64,000 bases of DNA from Neoconidiobolus thromboides FSU 785 (lineage: Eukaryota; Fungi; Entomophthoromycota): NCBI GenBank assembly GCA_025603075.1, contig MU626348.1, forward strand, positions 1 through 64,000, written 5' to 3'. The notes beneath the pieces are model-generated. The model was given only the letters and a program-made list of their open reading frames with translations. It had not been told where the DNA came from and searched no databases. Positions 47,716-57,722 of this stretch are shown here, piece by piece (position 1 is the first letter of the stretch; each line of letters opens with the position of its first letter). Made by a program: the position numbers and the translations under genes.

Positions 47716-48114
47716 TTATTCCTTAGAAATAGCACCTTGATTGTTATTGAATAAAGAGCCAACGGAAATAGTATGGGAAGGAGAAGCAACAGTACCAGCA
47801 ATTGGGGAGTAAAGTTTGGTATGATGACCCTTGTAACCTGGTAATACGTTGTAACCACCAAAACGTTCAAAGCCACCGTGATAGACGGGTACTACGTTAA
47901 AGGTATTGAAACGGGTAAGTGGAACTTGAGGTAAGTAGTAAAGAGCTCCAGATGGGAAACCACGAACTTCATTGTGTTTTTGGATTTGGAGTTGCCCAAG
48001 ATTGATTTTAGAATCTGGGGAAGCAATCTCAGATTGTTGCTCACCTGAAAAACCGGTGATAGCGTGGGAGCTATAAAGACTGATGAATGATACGGCAGGG
48101 ATAAAGAACTTCAT
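47716..48114 (-). CDS. Small secreted protein (132 aa), family member 2
   Basis: Tandem paralog of 46233-46655; conserved termini, variable Tyr/Gly/Pro centre. Confidence 0.88.
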   Translation of the reverse strand: MKFFIPAVSFISLYSSHAITGFSGEQQSEIASPDSKINLGQLQIQKHNEVRGFPSGALYYLPQVPLTRFNTFNVVPVYHGGFERFGGYNVLPGYKGHHTKLYSPIAGTVASPSHTISVGSLFNNNQGAISKE

Positions 48115-49915
48115 TTTGATAAGTTGAGAATGGTGAGGAAGTAGCTACTTTTATACCTTCTTCTACAAGGTCAACATACTGTTTATTTGATTGCTTGATT
48201 AAATTTTTTTAACTTTATTGTTATAATACTCAATTGATTTCTATTTGTTTGGTCTGGTGTTTATTGTTTGTAGCTAAACAATGAGGATAACAAATATCTT
48301 ATATCAATTAATTATTAATGTAATTTAAAGTATTAACTTAACTTAATAAAACTGTATTAATACACAAAACTGTTTTGACATAAGGAATAAATAAAAAAAT
48401 TAATAAAGTTAAATTTAACAAATAATTTATTGTTTTAAATAAGTTAGCGTATTAATAATAATAGTATGGCAGGGATATCTATAATGAAATGATTAGATTT
48501 CTATTGAATTAATATGTAATTATAATAAAAAAATCAGTGTGTGAATACAAAACTTCATGAGAAAGTTATTTTTATAACTCAGAATTAGCATGATAAAAGC
48601 ATCATTTTAAATAAAGTATAAAAAATTAAAATACTTACCGATTAGAAGAATACCACTTTAAATGAAGGGTTTCAATTAATTAGTTTTAGAGCCTAATAAA
48701 ATTAGATTAGAATGATTGTTATTAGAATATCAATTAAACTATATAGTTTATCAGAAACTGCGGCTAAGCAGGGCTTTTTGTCAACAAAAGTTCTTCGTTA
48801 ATTTCAGCCTGGGGCGACAAAGCGTTCATCATGATAGTATGATTTTAAATAATGATGAGACTTACCTTATGAGACTTAATTCCTTAGGCAACTATCATTA
48901 TTATAATAAATAAGATCTAAACTGAACAAACGATTAATTACTGTTTTTATCGTAAAATAGTTAAAATGATTCAATAATAATATCAGAAACTTTTTCACAG
49001 CATTATAAGTTACCACTCAGACAGGGATAACTGTTATTGAATAAATATTTCATCATTATATAAATCATTAATTGATATTGAAAGCTTACCTAGTAACTGA
49101 TCAAAGTTAACTTTATCGAGATAAAAGATGTTAAGTTTAGTTTCCAAATTATTTATACTTTTTCAATCCATGTGAAAAAATTTTCGTTGGATTTGAACAA
49201 CTTATGCAATTTTTAAAAAATGAAAAGTTTTAAACCAATTAAATGAAGTCAAAAAAGCTGCATATTTTTTAAGATGCAAAATAGTAAATAAAATACTCAA
49301 AAATTTCGAGTCAAAAATATACCTGCTAACTGAGGGAAGAATGTAAACAAATTGTTGATGAGCTAGGTCATGATAGTATTGATCAAAATAATAGCTATTC
49401 CTCGCTTGAGTAAAGAACAAGAATATTTAAAACCTAACTTTATTTCACTAAGTGATGTGATTAGTGTTATTACATAAAATACCATGAAATCAAGATACTT
49501 AACGACCTGAAGACGTTTTTGTTCAATTTTAAAGAAAAGATAATAGCATATATCCTTTCAAATGAGGATGGTTTAATCACACCTCAAGAAAAGCGTATAA
49601 CATGATTAAAACATCTATTAAAAAATGACGATTTATGTATTAAAAGTGGTCATTTTAAAGACATAGTAAGAGTTTATATATATTATCTATAAGGAGCATG
49701 ATTAGATGGTATTTTGAAGTTTTAAGTCCATCATGTTTGTGTAACATCTCATTTACAAAATATTGTAATAGACTCATGTAAAACATTTTCATTATTAAAA
49801 CACCTATTATATTTAATTTAAATAATCAATCATCAAGTGTGCCAAAGAAGCGTGAGATAACCTCATGCTGTTTGTCTTAGTGTATGGTAAGGATACAGAA
49901 ATCATATTATCCTAT

Positions 49916-50014
49916 GGGGACGTTTTTTTCAGCCTCATCACTTTTTCCATCATTTAAGTGTTATTTGAGTGGAAAAATCGTTAGTAAAATTTTTACATAT
50001 GAAAATACATCTAC
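49916..50014 (-). mobile_element. MITE family copy with CTAT TSD
   Basis: ctat|GGGGACGTTTT...TACATCTAC|ctat. Confidence 0.85.
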
Positions 50015-50222
50015 CTATGTTCAATATCAAAAAAGTTTAAAGATTCAATTGTTTATAATGTATCATTTGTTTTTATATTTTATATATTTTGTATTTTATA
50101 TTTTATTTAGTATAAATTTCAAGTATTGCTATTGCTAATGATACAATGCAAAATATTTTGTGATTGATATTATTAAATGAGTGCCTATTAAACATTTTAT
50201 AAATGTATTTTTCTGATTATGT

Positions 50223-50319
50223 GGAGATGTTTTTTTAGTTTCATTACTTTTTCCATCTTTAAGCCCTGTTTGAGCAAAAAGGTTGCTAATAAAATTCTTA
50301 AACAAAGAAATACATTCCC
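50223..50319 (-). mobile_element. MITE family copy
   Basis: GGAGATGTTTTT...TACATTCCC. Confidence 0.85.
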
Positions 50320-50577
50320 ATATTTTGAAAGCTCTTTATATGTGTTATTTGTAGTACTAACAAGTTTAAGTCATAGTAGAAAAGTTCTGATATCAGCTAT
50401 TCAACTACAGTAATTTTTTAGGTATTGCATTTAAAAGATACTATACAGTGTTGATCGTCTTCAAAGTCTAAAATTTTTTTATCAAAGGTTTAAATAAAAT
50501 AAATACTAAATTATTGGCAGACAATTACCTTTATTTATTGTTTGAAATGTCACTTTAATCTAAATTTTGTATAATAT

Positions 50578-50675
50578 GGGGCTGTTTTTTTTAGTTTCAT
50601 TATTTTTTCATTTTTTAAGCACTATTTAAGCGGAAATTTTGTTAGTAAGATTCTTAAGTACAAAAATACATCCCC
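50578..50675 (-). mobile_element. MITE family copy
   Basis: GGGGCTGTTTT...TACATCCCC; ATAT/ATAT. Confidence 0.9.
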
Positions 50676-52093
50676 ATATTTTATTTATAAAAAATTCATA
50701 ATACTTTTAAAGTATATAATTAATATAAATGGTAAATTTTCAATATCATAGTAAGTGGATATATCAAAATAACTAAATAGTTTTATGACCATAAAAAACA
50801 GTAATTTGTTCTATTTAAGGATAGTTAATAACTATTAAAGCTAGCATCACAAAGCACTTATATTAAACTAACTTATTAAGTATTAAACAATAGACAATAT
50901 AAAACCCCTTTTTAAAAATTAGAGGCTAAAAGCTTATTTAAATAAACATGCATTTAATATAACAAAGTAATGACACTGGTAACATAGAGTTTTAAAAACC
51001 GTTCCTAGGAGGTATTTCTTATCTAGAAGCATCTCCTTAAATATATGTTTTATTAAATAACGCTATTTAATAAGACATATATTTAATGTTTCAAGTTATT
51101 GTCATTTTTAAAGGATCCAATACATTATAATCTTTTTATTATTCATTTTTTTAGTCATTTTGATCTATCAATATTTTAAGATAAAGACATAGTCGTATTA
51201 ATGCCATATCAAAATAGATTATGTAAACATTGGAACGTTTTTAATAACTATAACATGTACTTAAGGATAGAACACTATTTAATAAATTTAGTCATTGATT
51301 AGACAATAATAATGATATATAGATAAAAAAGAAGATAGAGAATCTTCTTAATTAAAGAGTTCATATAATTGGATAAAATAAGATGAAATTTTATCAACTT
51401 TTTAAAACAAAAATCCCTCACTTTTTTTTCTTACTTTTTAGTCGAAGTTACAATTACGCTGTAATTTTGTTAATTGAATTGCTTTATTAAGCAAAAATAA
51501 TTAATTTAAATAAAAAAGGTCATAGCAACATCAATACGAATAAAAGTATTATAAAAATTCATTAAACAGCAATCAAATATAGCTAAACTAGGTTAAGGGT
51601 ATGAGATGTTTATTAATAAGTGCAACTGATACTACTCTATTTATAAATTTGAGTTATTTTTAATATATTTTTAATTTTAAGTTAAATTTCGATTTTTCAA
51701 ATTTTTACAGACTTAAATTGTTTTTACCCCAGTTTGACTACAGTGATTTGATAAGGGTTTAATAAAAAGAAAGGTAGAATTAACGGATAAAAAAGTAGTG
51801 AAATCAAAATCAACCAATTAAATGTACTCTTTTCATGCAATTTATTAACCTAATTTATCTTTTAATGTTCTAAAAAAGCTATATGAAGTAATGATAGGAA
51901 ATGGATTAGTACCCAGAATAAATGAAGGTTAATAGAATAAGAATAAAAGATATAAATAAGCATAGAATTTCAGTTACTTTTGTCATATTTTCTTTGTTTA
52001 TACGAGATAATAACAGTATATATAAATAATAATTTACAAAGCTAGTCTTTTATTTTTTTATTAATTCCATAATTCAAATCAATTGTATCTAAT

Positions 52094-53032
52094 ATGAAAC
52101 TAAATACATCAACTATTTTATTAAGCTCAACTTTACTTTCTTCAGTATTATCCCATTCATGGATGGATTGTATTGGGGATGGAAATCAAAAGTATACTGG
52201 GCCAAATCAATATTTCAGTGATGATTTCCATGAGTTTTGTATAGGTTTTGGACGTGGTTATCCAGGTAGAATGAATAGATGGATCAATGATATATATACT
52301 GTATTAGTTGAAAACCGAGGTGGAGCTAATCCAGCTGATTATAATGTTTGTAAAAAAACCCAAGTCTCTCAAAATTATACTAGTGAATTCCCAATGACTA
52401 AGACAAAGCCAGGTGCTAAACTTAAGATTTGGTATGAATTAGATAATCATTATACCAAAAATCCAACTTATGTATATCTTTGGGGTTATGGCCAACCTGG
52501 TAAAGACATTAGTAAATACTCAGAACAAGTCGAAAGTAACTTAATTATGAAGCATGTATTTGCTTTACCTGATAATCAGAATTGTATGGACATTCATAAT
52601 GCTAATTCCCTTTGTTGGTTCTATTGGACTGTTCCAGAAACTTATACAAATGGCATTTACTCCTTTATTTGGAACTGGAGATGGGATCAAAACCCAACTG
52701 GTGAAGAATATAATACTTGTTTTGATATTGAAATTCAAGGTGGTGATGATAAGAAGCCTGAACAAAGCACTTCCACTTATTCAACTAGTTCTGTAAATGT
52801 CCCAACTTCAGCTTCTTCAACTTCTGAACAAACATCAGCTTCTTCAACTTCTGAACAAACATCAGTTTATTCAACTTCTGAGGAAACTCAAGTTACTACC
52901 CCAACCCCAGTTTATGAAATCCAACCTGAATACCCTATCCAAGAGCATAATTATTTTAAGCCAAAACCAGCTAAACTAGTACAAGGTGGTAGTAAAGAAC
53001 CAACTAAGAAAAAATGCCATCAAAAATATTAA
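52094..53032 (+). CDS. Secreted protein with N-terminal His, putative LPMO-like copper protein, plus a Ser/Thr/Pro-rich tail (312 aa)
   Basis: Signal peptide ending V-L-S followed directly by His21; second His119 (DNHY) and EEYNTCFDIEI (Tyr206); six Cys in the ~200-aa domain. Confidence 0.7.
   Translation: MKLNTSTILLSSTLLSSVLSHSWMDCIGDGNQKYTGPNQYFSDDFHEFCIGFGRGYPGRMNRWINDIYTVLVENRGGANPADYNVCKKTQVSQNYTSEFPMTKTKPGAKLKIWYELDNHYTKNPTYVYLWGYGQPGKDISKYSEQVESNLIMKHVFALPDNQNCMDIHNANSLCWFYWTVPETYTNGIYSFIWNWRWDQNPTGEEYNTCFDIEIQGGDDKKPEQSTSTYSTSSVNVPTSASSTSEQTSASSTSEQTSVYSTSEETQVTTPTPVYEIQPEYPIQEHNYFKPKPAKLVQGGSKEPTKKKCHQKY
52805..52885 (+). repeat. 27-bp coding tandem repeat x3 (TSASSTSEQ)
   Basis: ac(t/a)tcagcttcttcaacttctgaacaa units at 52805 and 52832, and a more diverged unit at 52859. 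Confidence 0.9.
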
Positions 53033-53940
53033 CTAGTTTAAAAAATCGAGCCTTGTATTGTACTCATGATAATTAATAAAAGCTTTTTATTAAAGTACTT
53101 TACTACCAAGTTATTTTTGAATTTCTATTTTTATTTTTATTTTATTTTTTCTATTAAATTTTGTTATCTCAGAAATTTTCTTTATTAAACCCACCCATAA
53201 ATTTTTGTTCCCATTTTATCCATATCAACATGCTTTTGAACGTTTCGAAGTTCCAAATATTTGATTTAACTACTAATTGGAACCACCTCTCCATCCACCA
53301 ATTTCATTTCACCACAATTAACTAATAATAGTAATTTTGAATATGAAAAATAAATTAATTTTTAATTAAATACAATAATATTAAAAACTTAATATTACTT
53401 CTCTTAAGAAGAATAATAGGTACTTAAACTTACTTTAGATATAAAAAATAATAGCTTCTAAATTCCCATTTTCTTATCTGAGTAATAATTTTTAAGCTGG
53501 GCTTTATTTTACCTCAATATCAGCTCCAGACTTAATAACTCAAAAACTTGGCATTATTTTTTATCTTGTGATTTAATTACAGTGGTTGCTTCTATTCATT
53601 AAATTTCACTATCTTATTTTCATTCTACCGCTCAAGCTTACCATCATCATTCAATAGTTATTTCTGTATTAAATAGCTGTCCTTAAAAAGCTTGTTATTT
53701 TCAGTTCCATCGACCAAATATGTTTTTGGACTTTTATATTAATATGATCTAAATGAGATCATTTAAAGCAGTTCAAAGTTATGGCTCTTTTCATTAAATT
53801 AGATCATACTTTAATGTATTATAACTAAATGTATTACAATAAGGCTTGTTGGTTTAATTATTGTTACTGTGTCTTTGAGAAGAAATCAAATTAAAATCTA
53901 TATTATTTTTAAAAATTTTATTACAAATTAGTTTTATAAT

Positions 53941-54034
53941 GGGGATGTACTTTTTTAACAATTTTATTAACAATTTTTCATTTAAATAGCATTTAAAAAG
54001 CAAAAAAGTGATGAAGTCAAAAAAGACGCCCCCC
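53941..54034 (+). mobile_element. MITE family copy with TAAT TSD
   Basis: taat|GGGGATGTACTTT...GACGCCCCCC|taat. Confidence 0.85.
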
Positions 54035-55011
54035 TAATTATGTTAAATTTTATTAGCTGACGAATTTTTAGAAATTTTATCGAAATTATATTTAAGGTTA
54101 TCAACTTCATTAACACTAACTAAATGTTTAGTTAAATAAAGTTTAAGATGAAAATAGTATCACATTTTAATTGTTTACAGAATCATCTCTAATCATCTAC
54201 TTATTTTTCTATGTGAAGGTGCTCAAAGCTTATTATTTTTAAAAATAAGTTTAAGAGACTAAAGGGCATTTAGAGAGGACTTTAATGGAATAAATATTGT
54301 TACCTAATTGCTCATCTTTTCAGAAAAGATTTCCTTCCATGAAATACACCATTTAATGCATAAAGAAAAGCCTTTTTTAAATGCTTCAAAGCTTGTGCCA
54401 AAGCACTTCATTAATCAGTATTCTTGTTTAACTTGTATAGGCTTTTTATTTTGTTTGATAACTACTTTTTTTAAAAAAATCCAGAATTCTTTGAATTCTG
54501 TGCTTTCATTTGTGATAAAATAAGAGAGGGATTATGGAAAATTCAGGGATAGCCTAGGGCGATTTTTAAGGAAAGAGTCACAATCTGCAATAAAACTACT
54601 AATGGCTACTAGTAATACTTGACAATCACTCTTAGCATTGTTACCAAAAGATAGTTTTCATACTAGCCAAATTTTCACTTGAGCTATGCCAAAGGAGCTG
54701 CAACTAACCAATTTAATTCAATGCCTTCTTAAGATTTATTTGGTTAGCTGAAGCTAGCTGTATGCCAGAAATTTATACTAACCGTAACTTTGAAAAATAT
54801 ATTAATACGTTTCCCGACAATAATGTGTTAATTTGCAGATGTTGCAATAACATAGGGAAAATAAAAGTACTTTTTACATAAGTTGACTTTTAATGGCTTT
54901 TTAATATTATTTGATATTTACATAATTCAATTTCCTATTATCGCTTATATATTTTTTAAAAGTTTGTTAAAATTAAATAGTATTTATAGAATATTGAATG
55001 AGCTATTATAT

Positions 55012-55109
55012 GGGGACGTATTTTTGTATTTAAGAATTTTACTACCAAATTTTCCGCTTAAATAGCGCTTAAAAAATGGTAAAAATAATGAAGTTAAAAA
55101 AACAGTCTC
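55012..55109 (+). mobile_element. MITE family copy
   Basis: GGGGACGTATTTTTG...AAACAGTCTC; ATAT/ATAT. Confidence 0.88.
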
Positions 55110-55452
55110 ATATTGTAGATTTATTTGCATCAGAAAATAACTAAATATAATATTGAACTTAAATTTTATCAATATTTATTTTTGATACCATAAAAGATAA
55201 CATAATTTATTTGTATAAAATTTCATAGAAATCAAGATAAGATTGTGAAGAGAAAAACCAAGAGATATAATAATAATAATTATTGTTCATACAAAAGGTA
55301 TGACTTATTAAAGTCAATTAAATTCATGAAAGTAAAGAATAGAGGGTATACTTATATTGGGCTTAAGGTTGATAAATACTATCAATTTTAAAAATACTAT
55401 GTATAATAATCCAAGCACCATAAGTGGTCAAACTGAAAAGAATCTTATTGAT

Positions 55453-56907
55453 TTATGTAAAGTTGTCTTTATTTGATTTAATACATGTTTTTAGAGGCAA
55501 CATAGTAGTATTGTTATCAATTTCATGATAATGATTAAACATTTCAGCATTGTAATAGCCAGTATTAATATCTAATGGATTAGTTGGTTTAATAAGGATA
55601 GGTTCAATAATCATGCTTACTGGCCTTTCTTCCTTCATTTTGTATTTATATAAAAATATTATAACTGCTGTTATTAGAATAATTCCGCTTATTCCACCTA
55701 TAATTCCTCCTATTAATAACTTATTGTTATCTAAATTCTTATTATAATTAGTGTTGTTTTCTTCATTACTGCCATTAGTAATATTGATACTCTCTTCTTT
55801 TTCTTCGATTAATGGAAGTAAACCATCAGTAGTTTCCCAGGTTTTTGTATCTAATATTAACATTTTATCTGTACTTTCACCAGTACCTGGAGTTATACTA
55901 CCAAATTGATGACCAAATGAATTTATAATATAATTATTATAACTAGTAAAGCATCCCCAATGATTAAATGGGTTAATTTGTTTATTAATTTTTTTAAATG
56001 AAAATGTATTAAATTTAAACTCATAGACGTCTATTATTCTTTTGTTCATATCTTTTAATCCTATAAAATATATTAATTGGTTAACTTTTACAAACGTTGA
56101 ATCAAAATACATTAAACTATTATTTAAATTATACGATTTCATATTATTTGATTTTAAATCTAATTCATATAAAATTTTATCAGCATATATCAATCCCCGG
56201 TGATCGTTTTTTGTTGTCATTTCAAAGTAGTATAGCTTATTATTTAAAACAAACTTTAACTCAAAATAAACTTTCTTGCTTGTTTTATATATTGTTTTTA
56301 ATTCCTTTGTTTTAATATTAAATGAATTCAATTGAAGTGATGTGTCTTCTTTTGAGTTGTTGTATTGAAAGCTTCCAGATATATAAAATTGATTCAAATC
56401 TTTCTCATCTTGTAATACATAATATCTTTGAAAAGCACTACTTATGTTTATGTTTGATACATTAACTTTTGAATACAGTTTATTAACAATATCATTTTTA
56501 TACCATCTATTGGATTCAATATCAAAATAATTTGTAATTAGACCTAACCTATTAGGCTCATGATGAAAACTTACAATTGTCTTCTGTTTTTCCTCGTTTC
56601 CAATATAAAAGAAACTTGGATCTAATTGACTTTTCGGTGAATTGATTGTATTATTTCTTTCCCATGGTGCTACATTCACGACTAATTTAAATCCTTTTTT
56701 TAAATTTAATGTAAATACTTCATGATTTTCTTTTAAAAAGTAATCAGTTCTTGGTGAATAGGTATTTCCGCATAGATAGTATAGCTTATCTTCAATTATC
56801 GTACATCCACCATAATCAACCCTTGGCAATAAAGCATTTAATTTATAAAATAAGAAATTAATTGAAATTAAGAGTAATAGCATTCTAAAATGTATAAAAT
56901 ATAACAT
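55453..56907 (-). CDS. Type I membrane protein with a Kelch-like/beta-propeller ectodomain (likely start at the second Met, ~56883)
   Basis: Signal peptide; KLYYLCG, FYISG, KLYYF and LIYFIG blade-like motifs; single TM LLIGGIIGGISGIILITAVIIFLY. The pseudogene paralog begins at the equivalent of the second Met. Confidence 0.75.
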   Translation of the reverse strand: MLYFIHFRMLLLLISINFLFYKLNALLPRVDYGGCTIIEDKLYYLCGNTYSPRTDYFLKENHEVFTLNLKKGFKLVVNVAPWERNNTINSPKSQLDPSFFYIGNEEKQKTIVSFHHEPNRLGLITNYFDIESNRWYKNDIVNKLYSKVNVSNINISSAFQRYYVLQDEKDLNQFYISGSFQYNNSKEDTSLQLNSFNIKTKELKTIYKTSKKVYFELKFVLNNKLYYFEMTTKNDHRGLIYADKILYELDLKSNNMKSYNLNNSLMYFDSTFVKVNQLIYFIGLKDMNKRIIDVYEFKFNTFSFKKINKQINPFNHWGCFTSYNNYIINSFGHQFGSITPGTGESTDKMLILDTKTWETTDGLLPLIEEKEESINITNGSNEENNTNYNKNLDNNKLLIGGIIGGISGIILITAVIIFLYKYKMKEERPVSMIIEPILIKPTNPLDINTGYYNAEMFNHYHEIDNNTTMLPLKTCIKSNKDNFT

Positions 56908-57654
56908 TGGTGCTTTTTATATCGTTGTCACCTGGGATCATTAAGTAGACCAATAATGTTGTATTTACTTATTTAATATATTGTATACATTACTTATTCT
57001 TAATATTACTTAAATTATCAATTCCACTTTATTATTAAATTTTGTTAAAGTAACAATTTTTAAAATTTTATGAAAATAATTACTTATCATGGCTAACACA
57101 GTTCTATATGAACAGAAATACTTATATCCTTGAGATAGCTATAACTATTGTTGATACAAAGACTATAGTCATAACACCAATCAAATATTTGAAAGATTAG
57201 TTAGTTAGTAAAGAGAAATTTCAAGTCAAATAGTAGTTTATTGATTATATCAAATGCCTATTAAAATATGCTTTTATATAATTCTGAATTCATTTGATGC
57301 TTAGATTTAAACGTTGACCAAAGTACTGACCCTAAATCAGATATATAGGATATGTACTCAACATTACCTTGTTATCCTAAGGACACTTAATTAAAAAATG
57401 ATACCTAGTATAAAGCGTTGTTATAACGGATTCTAATAAAACCACAAGGTTTAGGTTATAATATCAGTAAAAAAAGCTGCTTATGAAAAAACAACTCATG
57501 TTTAATTTTGACTAGATTTTATATTAAAGCAGTGTAAGCAATTAAACACTTGGATTTATTTATAGTGTATGATAACAATAAAAAGTAAGTTGTATCTAAA
57601 AATTTAATTTTAACACAACTATCATCAATAATCAAATCTTTATTTTCAAGAATC

Positions 57655-57700
57655 AATATAAATATAAATATAAATATAAATATAAATATAAATATAAATA
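57655..57700. repeat. (AATATA)n simple repeat, ~7 units
   Basis: aatataaatataaatata... just downstream of the 57723 stop. Confidence 0.85.
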
Positions 57701-57722
57701 ATAAGATATAGTACTTGTGACC

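Noticed and set aside
48640-49700. Coding-like fragments (e.g. IAYILSNEDGLITPQEKRIT*LKHLLK)
   Set aside because: Multiple stops and frame changes and no recognisable family. Possibly a relic, but not supportable.
496-55172. Recurrent short ORFs containing FKRYLSGK...KILK.KNTSP (e.g. 496, 906, 21007, 21145, 25736, 49884, 50219, 54883, 54984)
   Set aside because: They are translations of MITE copies, not a protein family.
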